A stretch of DNA of 60,666 nt from Candidatus Saganbacteria bacterium (GCA_016939335.1 JAFGHC010000027.1:1-60666), one strand, 5' to 3'. Positions 8,825-19,678 are shown, counted from the first letter of the stretch. The notes: generated by a model from the sequence alone, not told the origin. Translations and numbers: made by a program.

Positions 8825-9868
8825 GTGTTAGTGATGGCCATCGAAACCTCCTGCGACGAGACCGCCGCCGCCGTCGTGCGCGACGGGCGGGAAGTTCTGT
8901 CCAGCGTCATCTCTTCGCAGACCGAGTTCCACAAAAAGTACGGCGGGATCGTGCCGGAGGTGGCCGCCCGCAAGCATATCGAGGTCATCTCGCCGGTCAT
9001 CAAGGAAGCGATGGAGACGGCAAAAGCCGGCTTCCGCGAACTTGACGCGGTCGCCGTCACCTGCGGCCCCGGGCTGGTCGGCTCGCTCATCGTCGGGCTC
9101 TCCGCCGCCAAAGCGATCGCCTGGTCGATCAACAAGCCCCTCATCGGCGTCAACCATCTTGAGGGACATATCTATGCGAACTTTTTAAATCCCAACCTCA
9201 AACTTCAAACATCCAAACAAAAGGCAAAGGACAATCATCAAAAACCAAATTTCCCTTTTGTTTGCTTGCTGGTTTCCGGCGGTCACACAATGATTATCAA
9301 AGTTAACGGGCACGGAGTCTACCAGACCCTCGGCCGCACGCGCGACGACGCAGCGGGGGAAGCGTTCGACAAAGTGGCGCGGTTCCTCGGTCTCGGCTAC
9401 CCGGGCGGGCCGGTCATCGACCGGCTGGCCAAAGAAGGCAACCCAAAGGCCGTGAAGTTCACCCGCCCCCTCCCCGACGGCTACGACTTCAGCTTCAGCG
9501 GGATCAAGACGGGTGTTGTCAACGTCAAGAGCCGTGACCCGGGACTCACGACCCGGGACATTGTTGCTTCCTTCCAGCAAGCCGTCGTCGATGTCCTGGT
9601 CGATAAAGCTGTCCGCGCCGCGCTGGACCACGGCTGTCAAACAATGACGCTCGCCGGCGGCGTTTCGGCAAATTCATTATTGAGAAGCCAGCTTGAAGCG
9701 CGCGGAGAAGACGCAGGCTTAAAGGTTGTCATCCCGCCCTTCGAATACTGCACCGACAACGCCGCCATGATCGCCAGCGCCGGATTTTATAAATACATCA
9801 ATTCGTCATTCGTCATTCGTCATTCGTCATTATCCCTTGAAGCCGTTGCCAGTTTGCGCCTGGAGTAA
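8825..9868 (+). CDS. tsaD: tRNA N6-adenosine threonylcarbamoyltransferase TsaD
   Basis: AIETSCDET, VPEVAARKH, GPGL.GSL, VNHLEGH, LVSGGHT, DDAAGEAFDK, CTDNAAMI. Confidence 0.97.
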   Translation: MLVMAIETSCDETAAAVVRDGREVLSSVISSQTEFHKKYGGIVPEVAARKHIEVISPVIKEAMETAKAGFRELDAVAVTCGPGLVGSLIVGLSAAKAIAWSINKPLIGVNHLEGHIYANFLNPNLKLQTSKQKAKDNHQKPNFPFVCLLVSGGHTMIIKVNGHGVYQTLGRTRDDAAGEAFDKVARFLGLGYPGGPVIDRLAKEGNPKAVKFTRPLPDGYDFSFSGIKTGVVNVKSRDPGLTTRDIVASFQQAVVDVLVDKAVRAALDHGCQTMTLAGGVSANSLLRSQLEARGEDAGLKVVIPPFEYCTDNAAMIASAGFYKYINSSFVIRHSSLSLEAVASLRLE

Positions 9869-9880
9869 TATAGTAATATA

Positions 9881-10696
9881 ATGGCGGTCATGCTTATGCT
9901 ACTAACTGACCCGTCAGCGGCCGCGGCTTTTGGGTTCATCCTGGCGCTCCTCTGCTTGCTGCCGATCGTCATTCTCGCCTGCCGCAAAAAGCCGGGCGTG
10001 ACGGCCAACAGCCATCTCAAGATAGTCGACCAGGTGGCCCACGAGATCAAAAGCCCGCTGGCGGCGATCATCGGCTACACCAGTTTGCTCAACGCCCGCC
10101 AGCTCGGCCCCCTGGGCGAACAGCAGGCCGAGCCGCTCCAGATCATCGACCACCAGTCGCGGCGCATCCTTGAGATCGTCCAGGACTGCCTCGACCTGAC
10201 CCGGCTGGAAGCGCGGCAGTTGAAGTTCGAGACCAAGCCGGGCAGCCTGGCGGCGGCGGCCGCGCGGGCGCTCGACGAAACCGCCGCCCAGCTTAACGCC
10301 AAACGGGTCACCGTCGACCGCGAGTTCGACCCGCGCACGCCAACGGTGGCGATGAACGAAGAAAAGATCGTCCGCGTTTTCGCCAATCTGATCTCCAACG
10401 CGGTCAAATACTCGCGCGAGGGCGGGCGGATCGCGATCACGCTCGCGCCGCACAGGAACGGCGCGCTGGCCGCGGTCAGGGACGAAGGGCTGGGGATCGC
10501 GCCCGCCGACCTGCCGCATGTCTTTGAACCCTTCTTCAACCCCAACAAAGAGTCGGCCGCCCAGCGGGAGACCGGCATGGGGCTGGCGCTCTGCAAACTG
10601 ATCGTGGAAAAAGGGCACGGCGGGCGGCTGTGGGGAACGTCCGAAGGCCCCGGCCGGGGCGCAACTTTTTCTTTTGCCCTCCCCCGGGCGGCTTGA
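9881..10696 (+). CDS. Sensor histidine kinase (TM-HisKA-HATPase), orphan
   Basis: AHEIKSPL H-box, NLISNAVKY, D.G.GI, FEPF, GMGLALCK. Confidence 0.9.
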   Translation: MAVMLMLLTDPSAAAAFGFILALLCLLPIVILACRKKPGVTANSHLKIVDQVAHEIKSPLAAIIGYTSLLNARQLGPLGEQQAEPLQIIDHQSRRILEIVQDCLDLTRLEARQLKFETKPGSLAAAAARALDETAAQLNAKRVTVDREFDPRTPTVAMNEEKIVRVFANLISNAVKYSREGGRIAITLAPHRNGALAAVRDEGLGIAPADLPHVFEPFFNPNKESAAQRETGMGLALCKLIVEKGHGGRLWGTSEGPGRGATFSFALPRAA

Positions 10697-10708
10697 TATA
10701 ATAACGTC

Positions 10709-10987
10709 ATGCAGATCGACGTCGAACACGTGGCGCGGCTCGCCCGCCTCGGCCTTTCCGACGAGGAAAAAAAGCTGTTCGGCGAACAGCTCGCCGCCAT
10801 CCTCACTTACGCCGACAATCTGAAAAAGCTCAACACCGACGGGGTGCCGCCAACCACCCACGCTATCCCGCTGAAGAACGTCTACCGCGCGGACAAGGCC
10901 GCTCCCTCCCCCGACCTGCCCGCGATCATGGCGGGCGCCCCCGACAAGGCGGACCGGATGTTCCGCGTGCCGAGGATCATCGAATGA
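10709..10987 (+). CDS. gatC: Asp/Glu-tRNA amidotransferase subunit C
   Basis: [17 protein letters not shown]; precedes gatA. Confidence 0.95.
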   Translation: MQIDVEHVARLARLGLSDEEKKLFGEQLAAILTYADNLKKLNTDGVPPTTHAIPLKNVYRADKAAPSPDLPAIMAGAPDKADRMFRVPRIIE

Positions 10988-12426
10988 CCGCGCATGAGCT
11001 GGCGGCCCGGCTCGCCGGCCGTAAACTTTCTTCAGCCGAACTCACCCGGTCGTTTTTTGAACGGATCAAGAAGCTCGAGGAGCGGGTCAAAGCTTTTGTG
11101 ACACTGGACGAGACCGGGGCGCTGGCGCAGGCGGCCGAGGCCGACCGCCGCTTAAAGAGCAAAGAGCATGTCACCCCCCTGACCGGCATCCCGATCGCTG
11201 TCAAAGACAATATGTGCACGAAGGGGCTGCGCACCACCTGTTCGTCAAAGATACTGACCGATTACCACCCGCCCTACGACGCCACCGTCGTAGCCAGGCT
11301 GAAGGCGGCCGGGGCGGTCATCATCGGCAAGACCAACCTCGACGAGTTCGCCATGGGCTCGTCGACGGAGAACTCGGCCTTCCAGATCACGCACAATCCC
11401 TGGAATCTCGCCGCGGTGCCGGGCGGCTCCTCGGGCGGCTCGGCGGCGGCGGTGGCGGCGGGGGAAGCGGTCATCGCCCTCGGCTCCGACACCGGCGGCT
11501 CGATCCGCCAGCCGGCCGCTTTCTGCGGCGTGGTCGGGCTCAAGCCGACCTACGGGCGGGTCTCGCGCTACGGGCTGGTCGCCTTCGCTTCGTCGCTCGA
11601 CCAGATCGGCCCGATCACCCGGGACGTGACCGACTGCGCGCTGCTGCTGAATCTCTTGGCCGGCCACGACCCGCTCGATACGACATCGGTCGAGGCGCCG
11701 GTCCCCGACTACCGCCGGGTGCTGGCCGGCGGCATCAAAAAGCTGAAGGTCGGGCTGATCAGCGACCTGATGGGCAACGGGATCGACCGCGAGGTCAAGG
11801 CGGCGGTCAAAAAAGCGGCCGACCTGTTCGCCCGGCTCGGGGCAGAAGTCATTGAGGTCTCGCTCCCGACCTTAGAGTACGCCGTGGCGACTTATTATCT
11901 GATCGCTCCGGCCGAGGCAAGCTCCAATTTAGCGCGCTACGACGGCGTCAAGTTCGGCTACCGGAATAAAGAGGCCAAAGACCTGATCTCGATGTATTAC
12001 AGCACCCGGCGCGAAGGCTTCGGCGCCGAGGTCAAGCGCCGGATCATGCTCGGCACTTACGCCCTCTCGGCCGGCTACTACGACGCATATTACCTGAAAG
12101 CGCTCAAGGTCAGAACGCTGATCAAACGCGACTTCGACCGGGCCTTTGACCGCTGCGACGCGCTCCTCTCGCCGGCCGCGCCGACCGTCGCCTTCAAGAC
12201 CGGCGAGAAGACGGACGACCCCCTCTCGATGTACCTCTCCGACATCGCCACCATCCCGGTCAACCTGGCCGGGCTCCCCGCCCTGTCGCTCCCCTGCGGC
12301 TTCAGCCGGGGCCTGCCGATCGGGCTGCAGATCATTGGCCGGGCATTCGACGAGGAGACTATCCTGCGGGCGGCCTTCACTTACGAGCAGAACACCGAAT
12401 GGCACAAAGCCCAAGCGAATGTTTAA
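10984..12426 (+). CDS. gatA: Asp/Glu-tRNA amidotransferase subunit A
   Basis: Amidase signature [30 protein letters not shown]. Confidence 0.97.
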   Translation: MTAHELAARLAGRKLSSAELTRSFFERIKKLEERVKAFVTLDETGALAQAAEADRRLKSKEHVTPLTGIPIAVKDNMCTKGLRTTCSSKILTDYHPPYDATVVARLKAAGAVIIGKTNLDEFAMGSSTENSAFQITHNPWNLAAVPGGSSGGSAAAVAAGEAVIALGSDTGGSIRQPAAFCGVVGLKPTYGRVSRYGLVAFASSLDQIGPITRDVTDCALLLNLLAGHDPLDTTSVEAPVPDYRRVLAGGIKKLKVGLISDLMGNGIDREVKAAVKKAADLFARLGAEVIEVSLPTLEYAVATYYLIAPAEASSNLARYDGVKFGYRNKEAKDLISMYYSTRREGFGAEVKRRIMLGTYALSAGYYDAYYLKALKVRTLIKRDFDRAFDRCDALLSPAAPTVAFKTGEKTDDPLSMYLSDIATIPVNLAGLPALSLPCGFSRGLPIGLQIIGRAFDEETILRAAFTYEQNTEWHKAQANV

Positions 12427-13507
12427 ACCGCTTAAATTAATCCCTTCATTATTTTTTATTTTTTATCTTTTATCTTTTATTTGTTTTTGCCGGGCCGAAA
12501 CGCCGCAAAAATTCCCGCCGGTCTCGGGCACGATCTTCGGCCAGGTCTCGCCGGGGGTCCGCTCGGCCACCGTCAACGGCAAGCCGGTCCGGTTCGACGC
12601 CGACCAGAACTTTACCGCCGCCGTCCGGCTGCGGGCCGGCGAGAAATACCTGACGCTGGTCATCAACTACGACAACCTGCGCATCATCAAGAAATACCTG
12701 ATCCTGCGCAAATCGGCGGTCAGCAACTTCAAGGTCTTCGTCCCCAAGGAAAAGATCGAGAAGTCGATCGCCGCGCTCAAGGCGTCGCGCCAGCTCGCCG
12801 CGCAGCAGCAGGCGGCCCGGCGGCGCGCCCGGCTGAAGGAACTGGCGGAAGAGCAGCGGCTGGCCGCGCTGGCCAAAGCCCATCGCCTGAAAGAGCTGGC
12901 CGCGGCGCGGGAAAAGGCGTGGCTCGACCAGACCGCCTCGCCGAAATTCTTCGCCAATGAATTCCGGGCGAGCGGGGAGGTCGGGGCGCTGCTCGACGAG
13001 ATCAGCGCCGCCGGCTACGGCATCCCTTTCAAAACAAGGGAAAAGTCGCTGGCCAAGCTCAATGAACTCCTGGGCCTGCCCAACTTTTATGATCTGGTCA
13101 TGAAAAAGAACAAATTCGTGCCGCTCACCCCGCTGCTCCGCTCGCTGATCGCCGAGACCGAGGCCTACCGCTACCGCCCTTTCACCCAACTGACGCCGTA
13201 CCAGCGCAAGAAGCTGATGCTGCTCAACCGCCTGCTGATCGAGGCGCTCTTCGCCTCCGCGCCGCGACGCAGCACCTGGCTGGCGGCCCCGCCGATCCCC
13301 ACCTTTACCAAGACCAAGCAGTATCTCTTCGTCTGGGAATTCAGCGAAGGGAAGCTCCTGGCCGTCAAACAAAAACAGGGCAGCTATTCCGCCGATATAT
13401 ATATTCCCGTTTCCAAGAATTGGCTAAACCTGAAAGGCTTGTCGGAAAAAGACCTGCAGGAGCTGATCGAGAAGCCGGTCGCATCCTTTAAAGAGAAAAA
13501 GAAGTAG
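12419..13507 (+). CDS. Exported hypothetical protein between gatA and gatB
   Basis: Start reassigned to MFKPLK (overlaps gatA stop); hydrophobic signal, short Ig-like segment, coiled coil. Confidence 0.65.
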   Translation: MFKPLKLIPSLFFIFYLLSFICFCRAETPQKFPPVSGTIFGQVSPGVRSATVNGKPVRFDADQNFTAAVRLRAGEKYLTLVINYDNLRIIKKYLILRKSAVSNFKVFVPKEKIEKSIAALKASRQLAAQQQAARRRARLKELAEEQRLAALAKAHRLKELAAAREKAWLDQTASPKFFANEFRASGEVGALLDEISAAGYGIPFKTREKSLAKLNELLGLPNFYDLVMKKNKFVPLTPLLRSLIAETEAYRYRPFTQLTPYQRKKLMLLNRLLIEALFASAPRRSTWLAAPPIPTFTKTKQYLFVWEFSEGKLLAVKQKQGSYSADIYIPVSKNWLNLKGLSEKDLQELIEKPVASFKEKKK

Positions 13508-13513
13508 CTTATA

Positions 13514-15091
13514 ATGGCAAACATGAAACATGAAACGGTGATCGGGCTGGAGGTCCACGCCCAGCTCCTGACCGAGAGCAAAATGTTCTGCTCCTGCCCG
13601 AACAAATTCGGCGCGCCGCCCAACACCAACATCTGCCCGGTCTGCACCGGCCAGCCCGGTTCGCTCCCCGTGACCAACAAAAAAGCGGTCGAGCTGGCGA
13701 TCAAGACGGCGCTCGCGCTCAACTGCCGGATCGAGCCGAGCTCGGTCTTCGCCCGCAAGCATTACTTCTATCCCGACCTCCCCAAAGACTACCAGATCTC
13801 CCAGTACGAACAGCCGCTGGCCACCGGCGGCTGGCTGGAGATCGAGATCGACGGCCAGGTCAAAAAGATCGGCATCACCCGGGTCCATCTCGAGGAAGAC
13901 GCCGGCAAACTGGTCCACGTCGGGGCCGCCCGGATCATGGGAGCGGAGGAATCGCTGGTCGATTTCAACCGGACCGGGACCCCCCTGATGGAGATCGTCT
14001 CGGAACCCGACCTGCGCTCGCCCCGCGAAGCGGCGGCCTACACCGAAACGCTGGCCAACCTGCTCCGCTACCTCGGCGTCTGCGACGCCAAGATGGAGGA
14101 GGGCTCGCTCCGCTGCGACGCCAATCTCTCGCTCCGGCCGGCCGGGGAAACGAAATTCGGCACCAAGACCGAGGTCAAGAACATGAACTCGTTCCGGGCG
14201 ATCGAGAAAGCGCTGGCCGCCGAAGAGAAAAGGCACGCGGAAGTGCTGGCGGAGGGCGGCCAGGTCGTCCAGGAAACGCGCTTTTTTGACGATGTGACCG
14301 AAACGACCAGCGGCATGCGCGGCAAGGAATTCGCCCACGATTACCGCTACTTCCCCGAACCGGACCTGGTGCCGCTCGAACCGCCGGCCAAATGGACCGA
14401 AGAAATAAAGAACGGCATTGGTGAATTGCCCCGCACGGTGATCGCCCGTTATATGAAAGAATATGAGCTCTCGCGGGAGTGGGCCGACTTCCTTGTCTAT
14501 CATGAGCTGACCGGCTGCCTTGAGGGGGCATTGAAAATTTATAAGACCAAACCTTTTAATTATGCCAGGTGGCTGATAGTCGAGCTCCCTTCCTTTATCG
14601 CGGAGCTCAACAAAGAGGCCGCCGAGAAAAGCAATATCAATAAGGCGAAGAGCGAACTCCCCCATCCATGGGTGATCGAGGACGCGGCTGAAAAAGCGGC
14701 TGAAGATAATTATAAAAAAAACATCGAAGTCTCGGGTAAATCCCTGCCTAAATTGAACCTCACCCCGGCAAAACTCGCGGAGATCGAGAAATTGATCGAC
14801 GGCGGGACGCTAAGCTATAAGATCGCCAAAACCGTCCTGTTTGCCGCCATCAAGACAGGAAAAGAGCTCGCCGCGATCATCGCGCAGCAGGGGCTGACCC
14901 AGATCAGCGATGAGGGGGAGCTCCTGAAAGTCGCGCGGGAAGTCGTCAAGAACAATCCCAGGCAGGCCGAGCAGTACAAGGGGGGCAAAGAAGCGGTGAT
15001 GATGTTCTTTGTCGGCCAGATGATGAAGGCGACCAAAGGGCGGGCCAATCCGGAACTGGCCGCCAAAATGCTGAAGCAGGCGCTCAGCTGA
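13514..15091 (+). CDS. gatB: Asp/Glu-tRNA amidotransferase subunit B
   Basis: [52 protein letters not shown]. Confidence 0.97.
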   Translation: MANMKHETVIGLEVHAQLLTESKMFCSCPNKFGAPPNTNICPVCTGQPGSLPVTNKKAVELAIKTALALNCRIEPSSVFARKHYFYPDLPKDYQISQYEQPLATGGWLEIEIDGQVKKIGITRVHLEEDAGKLVHVGAARIMGAEESLVDFNRTGTPLMEIVSEPDLRSPREAAAYTETLANLLRYLGVCDAKMEEGSLRCDANLSLRPAGETKFGTKTEVKNMNSFRAIEKALAAEEKRHAEVLAEGGQVVQETRFFDDVTETTSGMRGKEFAHDYRYFPEPDLVPLEPPAKWTEEIKNGIGELPRTVIARYMKEYELSREWADFLVYHELTGCLEGALKIYKTKPFNYARWLIVELPSFIAELNKEAAEKSNINKAKSELPHPWVIEDAAEKAAEDNYKKNIEVSGKSLPKLNLTPAKLAEIEKLIDGGTLSYKIAKTVLFAAIKTGKELAAIIAQQGLTQISDEGELLKVAREVVKNNPRQAEQYKGGKEAVMMFFVGQMMKATKGRANPELAAKMLKQALS

Positions 15092-15098
15092 CAAACTT

Positions 15099-15722
15099 AT
15101 GAGCGACATCGTTTATCAGGCGGGCAATTCCCTCTACCTCAACATCACCAACCGGTGCACCAACCAGTGCCCGTTCTGCGTCAGGTATAAAAGCCGGAAG
15201 TTCAACCGGAAACACCTTCTCTGGCTGGAAAAAGAGCCGGCGGCGGAAGAGCTGCTGGCCGCCGGCGGCGATATTTCCAAATACAAGCAGATCGTCTTCT
15301 GCGGCTACGGCGAGCCGACAATTCGGCTGGATATCATTAAGGCTGTCGCAGCCGAATTAAAATCAAAAATAAAAAATAAAAAATCAAAGACCATGGTCCG
15401 CCTGGACACCAACGGCCACGGGAACCTGTTCTGGGGGCGCAATATCCTGCCCGAGCTGAAAGGGCTGATCGATTCCGTTTCGGTCAGCCTGAACGCGGCC
15501 GACGCGGCGACGTACGATAAACTCTGCCATTCGGCTTACGGGCCAGCGGCTTACCCGGCGGTGATCGATTTTATCAAGGAAGCGAAAAAACACATCCCCG
15601 AGGTCGAGGCGTCGATTGTTGACCTGCCGGCGGTCGATAAAAAGAAAGCCCGGGCGCTCGCGGCCGGTTTGGGTGTAAAATTCAGGATCAGGCCGTATTA
15701 CGAGGAGAGTTATGTCAGATAA
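15099..15722 (+). CDS. TatD-associated radical SAM protein
   Basis: LYLNITNRCTNQCPFC (CxxxCxxC), VFCGYGEPT, R.DTNG.GNL, SVSLNA. Confidence 0.85.
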   Translation: MSDIVYQAGNSLYLNITNRCTNQCPFCVRYKSRKFNRKHLLWLEKEPAAEELLAAGGDISKYKQIVFCGYGEPTIRLDIIKAVAAELKSKIKNKKSKTMVRLDTNGHGNLFWGRNILPELKGLIDSVSVSLNAADAATYDKLCHSAYGPAAYPAVIDFIKEAKKHIPEVEASIVDLPAVDKKKARALAAGLGVKFRIRPYYEESYVR

Positions 15723-17043
15723 TTACGATCTCGCGGTCCTGGGCGGCGGACCGGCCGGCTACGCGGCGGCGCTCCGGGGGGCTCAGCTCGGCGCCAGGGT
15801 CTGCCTGATCGAGCAAGAGAAAGTGGGCGGCACCTGCCTGAATCAGGGCTGTATCCCGACCAAAGCGCTGATCGCCTGCACCTCGCTCTATGAGAAAATA
15901 CAGAAAGCGGGAAGTTTCGGCATCACCGCCGGCGCGGCCGCCATCGACCTGGCCAAAGTCATCGAGCGAAAAGACGCTATCGTCTCAAAGATCGTCAAAG
16001 GCCTGCAAAAACTGATCGAGCAGAACAGGATCGAGATCATTCAGGGGGAAGGCAAGATCATCGCCCCGGATAGAATTGAAATAATAAAATCCGACGGTTA
16101 TAAGTTATCAGTTATTGGTCATAAGTTAATAATTGCCACCGGCTCCGCCCCCGCCTCCCTCCCCGGCCTGAACTTCGATCACGACCGCTTCCTCTGCAGC
16201 GACGACGCGCTGGCGCTTAAAGAAACGCCGCGCCAGATCACGATCGTCGGCGGCGGGGTGATCGGCATTCACTTTGCCTCGATCTATAGCGCCCTCGGCG
16301 CCGAAGTCACTATCTATGAAGCGCTGCCGGAGATCCTGCCCGGTATCGACGAAGAAGTCGTCGCACTGATTAAAAGGATCTTGAGCCGGAAGAAAGTCAA
16401 GATCCTCACTAACACTCTGTACGATCCGGCTAAAGCTGATTCCAAGGCCCTGATCTGCGTCGGCCGCACGCCGAAGATCATGGGGTTCGAAGCGCTCGGC
16501 CTAAAAATGGACCGGCGGAGTGTTCGGGTCAACGAAAAGATGGAGACGAGCGTCAAAGGCGTCTCTGCCGCCGGCGACGTCTGCAGCAAAGTGATGCTGG
16601 CCCATGTCGCCTACGAGCAGGGCGTGGCCGCCGCGGAAAACGCGCTGGGCGGCAGCCGGACGTTCAGTTATAACTGTGTGCCGCTCGGCATCTATACCAA
16701 CCCGGAGATCGGCGCGGTCGGGCTGACCGAAAAAGCGGCCCGCGAGCAAGGCTTGAACGTCAGCGTCGGCCGGTTCCCCTTCGGCGCGCTGGGGATCGCG
16801 CAGGCGCTGGGCGAGATCGAGGGCTTCATTAAGGTCGTGGCGGACGAGCAGAAGAAAATATTAGGCGTCCATATCATCGGACCGGAAGCGACCTCGCTGA
16901 TCGGGACGGCTTGCCTCGCGCTCAAGAATAATTTATCGGCCGAACAGCTGGCGGAAACTTTCCAGGCCCACCCCTCTTATCCCGAAGGCCTGCAGGAAGC
17001 GGCGCTGAACATCTTCCGCCGCAGTCTGCATATCCCGAACTGA
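15712..17043 (+). CDS. lpdA: Dihydrolipoyl dehydrogenase
   Basis: GGGPAG, GGTCLNQGCIP redox motif, GGGVIG, HPSYPE. Confidence 0.9.
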   Translation: MSDNYDLAVLGGGPAGYAAALRGAQLGARVCLIEQEKVGGTCLNQGCIPTKALIACTSLYEKIQKAGSFGITAGAAAIDLAKVIERKDAIVSKIVKGLQKLIEQNRIEIIQGEGKIIAPDRIEIIKSDGYKLSVIGHKLIIATGSAPASLPGLNFDHDRFLCSDDALALKETPRQITIVGGGVIGIHFASIYSALGAEVTIYEALPEILPGIDEEVVALIKRILSRKKVKILTNTLYDPAKADSKALICVGRTPKIMGFEALGLKMDRRSVRVNEKMETSVKGVSAAGDVCSKVMLAHVAYEQGVAAAENALGGSRTFSYNCVPLGIYTNPEIGAVGLTEKAAREQGLNVSVGRFPFGALGIAQALGEIEGFIKVVADEQKKILGVHIIGPEATSLIGTACLALKNNLSAEQLAETFQAHPSYPEGLQEAALNIFRRSLHIPN

Positions 17044-17050
17044 AGCCAAC

Positions 17051-18682
17051 TTATTTCTGGATCAGGCTCCGGGCCGTCATGGCGGCCGGTTTTTCCAGCC
17101 CCAGCAGGTCAAGGACGGTCACGCCGATATCGGGGATGATCCCCGTCTCCCTCAACTTCACCTCGCGGCCCAGGACCCAGAACGGCACCGGGTTGAGCGA
17201 ATGCTGGGTGCTGGGGACCGGCGCGTCGTCTTTTTGGAGCAGCATCTCGTCGCAGTTGCCGTGGTCGGCGGTGATGATGAAAACTCCCCCCTTGGCCAGC
17301 CAGGCGGGAACGAGCTTTTCCAGGCAGGCGGAAACGTGGCCGACCGCCGCGATCGCCGCCTGGAGATTGCCGGTGTGGCCGACCATGTCGCCGTTCTGGA
17401 AGTTGTGAACGATAAGGGAATGATCTTTTTCGGCCATGGCTTTGAGCGCGTAGTCGGTTTCAAGGTAGGCGGTCATCTCGGGGACGAGATCGTAGCGTTT
17501 GCCTTCCTCCGTCCGTTGTTTCAGCTCGAGGTCCTGCGCCAGGTGGCGCTCCTCGCCCGGGAAAGGTTCGGCGCGCCGGCCGGAGAACCAGGCGGTGACG
17601 TGGGCGAATTTTTCCGGGCCGGCCAGGCGCAGCTGCTTCAATTTATGGCGCGCGACGATCTCGCCGACCGTTTCGGGAATCTCTTTCTCGGGGAAAGCGG
17701 TCAGACCATGGAGACCGGGATAATACTCGGTCATGGCCACGAAGACGCACGGCTTGATCCTCTCCTGCAAAGCGCTGATCTCGCGATAAACCTGCTCGCC
17801 GATCGGCGCCGTCCCCTGCTTGTAATTAAAATAGCGCTTTTCGCTCTCGCAGAACGCGGCGGTCAGCTGGACCGTCCGGTCCTGGCGGAAGTTCCAGTAG
17901 ACGACCGCGTCGCCCGGCCTGATCCCCTGGTAGCCGCCGATCACCGTCGGCCGGATAAATTCGTCGGTCTGCCCCCGGGCGTAAGAGGCGTTGACCGCCT
18001 CCCGGGCCGAGGCCGCCCCAAACTCCCCTTTGCCGCAGGCGACCGCCCGCAGAGCGATCAGTGTCTTGTCCCAGGCGGTGTCGCGGTCCATGGCCAGCTC
18101 CCGCCCCATGACGGTGCAGATCTTGGCGATCTGCCGCAGGCCGAGCGCGGTGATCTTGTCCTCAAGCATCTTGAGATAAACCTCGCCCGCGGCGGTCGGG
18201 CTGGTGTCGCGGCCATCGGTGAAAAGATGCAGGGCGACTTTTTTCAAGCCGCTCCGCTCGACCAGTTCCAGCAAAGCAAAAGTGTGCTTGAGGCTGCCGT
18301 GGACGGTGCCGCCGTGCCCCTGCAGTATCCCCATCAGGTGCAAGGTCGAATTGTTTTTGCGGCAAGTCTCGACCGCCGCCAGCAGCGCTTCGTTGGCGAA
18401 AAAACCGCCGTCCTTGATCGCCACGTTGATCCGCTCGATCGATTGGTAGACGACCCGGCCGGCCCCCATGTTCAGATGGTTGACCTCGGAGTTCCCCATC
18501 GTTCCCGCCGGCAGGCCGACCGCCAGGCCGGAGCACTCGAGCCGCGCGTAAGGGTGTTTTTCGAAAAGGGAATTAATGAAGGGGGAAAGGCCCGCCTGAC
18601 CGGCGTCGAAGATCGCGTTTTTCTGGTCGTTCTCCCCCACCGCGAAGCCGTCGAGGATACAGAGGTAGACGGGTGTTGTCAT
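17051..18682 (-). CDS. gpmI: 2,3-BPG-independent phosphoglycerate mutase
   Basis: ILDG, GNSEV.H, DGRD, AMDRD, EKFAHVT, DMVGHTG, TADHGN. Confidence 0.95.
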   Translation of the reverse strand: MTTPVYLCILDGFAVGENDQKNAIFDAGQAGLSPFINSLFEKHPYARLECSGLAVGLPAGTMGNSEVNHLNMGAGRVVYQSIERINVAIKDGGFFANEALLAAVETCRKNNSTLHLMGILQGHGGTVHGSLKHTFALLELVERSGLKKVALHLFTDGRDTSPTAAGEVYLKMLEDKITALGLRQIAKICTVMGRELAMDRDTAWDKTLIALRAVACGKGEFGAASAREAVNASYARGQTDEFIRPTVIGGYQGIRPGDAVVYWNFRQDRTVQLTAAFCESEKRYFNYKQGTAPIGEQVYREISALQERIKPCVFVAMTEYYPGLHGLTAFPEKEIPETVGEIVARHKLKQLRLAGPEKFAHVTAWFSGRRAEPFPGEERHLAQDLELKQRTEEGKRYDLVPEMTAYLETDYALKAMAEKDHSLIVHNFQNGDMVGHTGNLQAAIAAVGHVSACLEKLVPAWLAKGGVFIITADHGNCDEMLLQKDDAPVPSTQHSLNPVPFWVLGREVKLRETGIIPDIGVTVLDLLGLEKPAAMTARSLIQK

Positions 18683-18723
18683 AAAGGTATTATACTACAG
18701 CTGTAAAGCGGGTGGGAAACAGA

Positions 18724-18772
18724 ATCCCCACACTGAAGTGTGGGGAATTATACCCCGGACTTTAGTCTGGGG
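18724..18772. repeat. Pair of REP-like palindromes
   Basis: ccccacac-tgaa-gtgtgggg and ccccggac-ttta-gtctgggg. Confidence 0.75.
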
Positions 18773-18789
18773 TGCCAAACATCCTGGGT

Positions 18790-18993
18790 TCAGTTCTCCA
18801 GCAGGTCGTACTTGACCCAGCCGCGTTCGATGATCTTCTTGGTCACGTTGTTCTCGGGCACTTCGTAGATAATGACCGTCTCTTCGGTGTAGAGGTTCAT
18901 CGTTTTGCACTTGGGACATTTGATCTCGACACGGCTTCCGTCCGCGACCTTGGCCAGCAGCCGGTGGCAAAATTTACATCTGAATTCTTTCAT
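18790..18993 (-). CDS. Com-family (phage Mu Com-like) zinc-finger protein
   Basis: EFRC..C.RLLAK....EIKCPKCKTMN. Confidence 0.75.
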   Translation of the reverse strand: MKEFRCKFCHRLLAKVADGSRVEIKCPKCKTMNLYTEETVIIYEVPENNVTKKIIERGWVKYDLLEN

Positions 18994-19009
18994 GGTTATT
19001 TATCACTTC

Positions 19010-19588
19010 CTATTTAGGTTGCCCCAACTGCCTTTCCAGAAAATCCAATGACCAGACATAATCCTTATAATCAACTTCGGCTAACTTACTCAAAAATCTC
19101 AAAGCTAGCTCTCTATCAATTTTCTTAAATTCAAAACTATGAACGATCACGCTCATAAGCTTTTTTCCCAAGGTCTCTTTTTCAACCAGCCTGGCATATG
19201 CTTCAAGCTGTTTGGCATCAAGTACCCCCACATCGGGGAAAGCCACGGCTTGCTCGACCGTCATCCGCCCAATTTTTTCGGGAGTTATCCGTTTCACTTC
19301 TTCGGCGGTCAGCGTCTTTATTACTTCAGGGGTAAGCGCTTCTACCGGAAGATTCTCGATCTGCGCGTTTTTTTGCAGTTTTTTCACGTCAGCCAGCGAT
19401 ATCCCGCCAGCGGCAAAGCGGAAGACCGGGCCGACGCCCGGCAGCTTACCCAGGGTTCCTCTAAGCGGGCCTTCCGCCCCAAACACGGCCCGGGCCGCGC
19501 GGGGATACCCTCTGCGCGCCAAACCAAGCGCCGCTCTTTCCAGGCCCGCCTGCAACCGGAAGCCGACCCGCTCCATTCTTATCGCCAT
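19010..19588 (-). CDS. ORFan behind a sigma28-like promoter, with T-x-E 8-aa repeats
   Basis: GGAGG RBS; LTPEVIKT-LTAEEVKR-ITPEKIGR-MTVEQAVA. Confidence 0.65.
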   Translation of the reverse strand: MAIRMERVGFRLQAGLERAALGLARRGYPRAARAVFGAEGPLRGTLGKLPGVGPVFRFAAGGISLADVKKLQKNAQIENLPVEALTPEVIKTLTAEEVKRITPEKIGRMTVEQAVAFPDVGVLDAKQLEAYARLVEKETLGKKLMSVIVHSFEFKKIDRELALRFLSKLAEVDYKDYVWSLDFLERQLGQPK

Positions 19589-19628
19589 TTTATCTGCCTC
19601 CTAAGTTCATCTTCGCCCCGTCATTTGT

Positions 19629-19655
19629 TTATCGGCCCCCCGTTTGAAAAATTTC
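19629..19655 (-). promoter_or_regulatory. sigma28/FliA-like promoter
   Basis: GAAATTTT-N11-GCCGATAA. Confidence 0.75.
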
Positions 19656-19678
19656 ACTTAATTTGTTAATATAACTAA

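Larger units (their letters stand above)
3475..8846. mobile_element. AT-rich genomic island integrated in the tsaD 5' end (no integrase inside)
   Basis: Abrupt AT-rich composition bracketed by the direct repeat gccatcgaaac.tc.tgcg (near 3465 and 8837); nuclease cargo. Confidence 0.75.

Noticed and set aside
12146-12418. N-terminal extension of the 453-aa ORF
   Set aside because: It overlaps gatA in another frame; the real start is more plausibly the ATG at 12419 with a signal peptide.
17201-18706. Long antisense or alternative-frame ORFs (e.g. 501 aa here, 57627-59069, 13424-14665, 38831-40006)
   Set aside because: Shadow ORFs of well-supported genes in GC-rich DNA, with no motifs.
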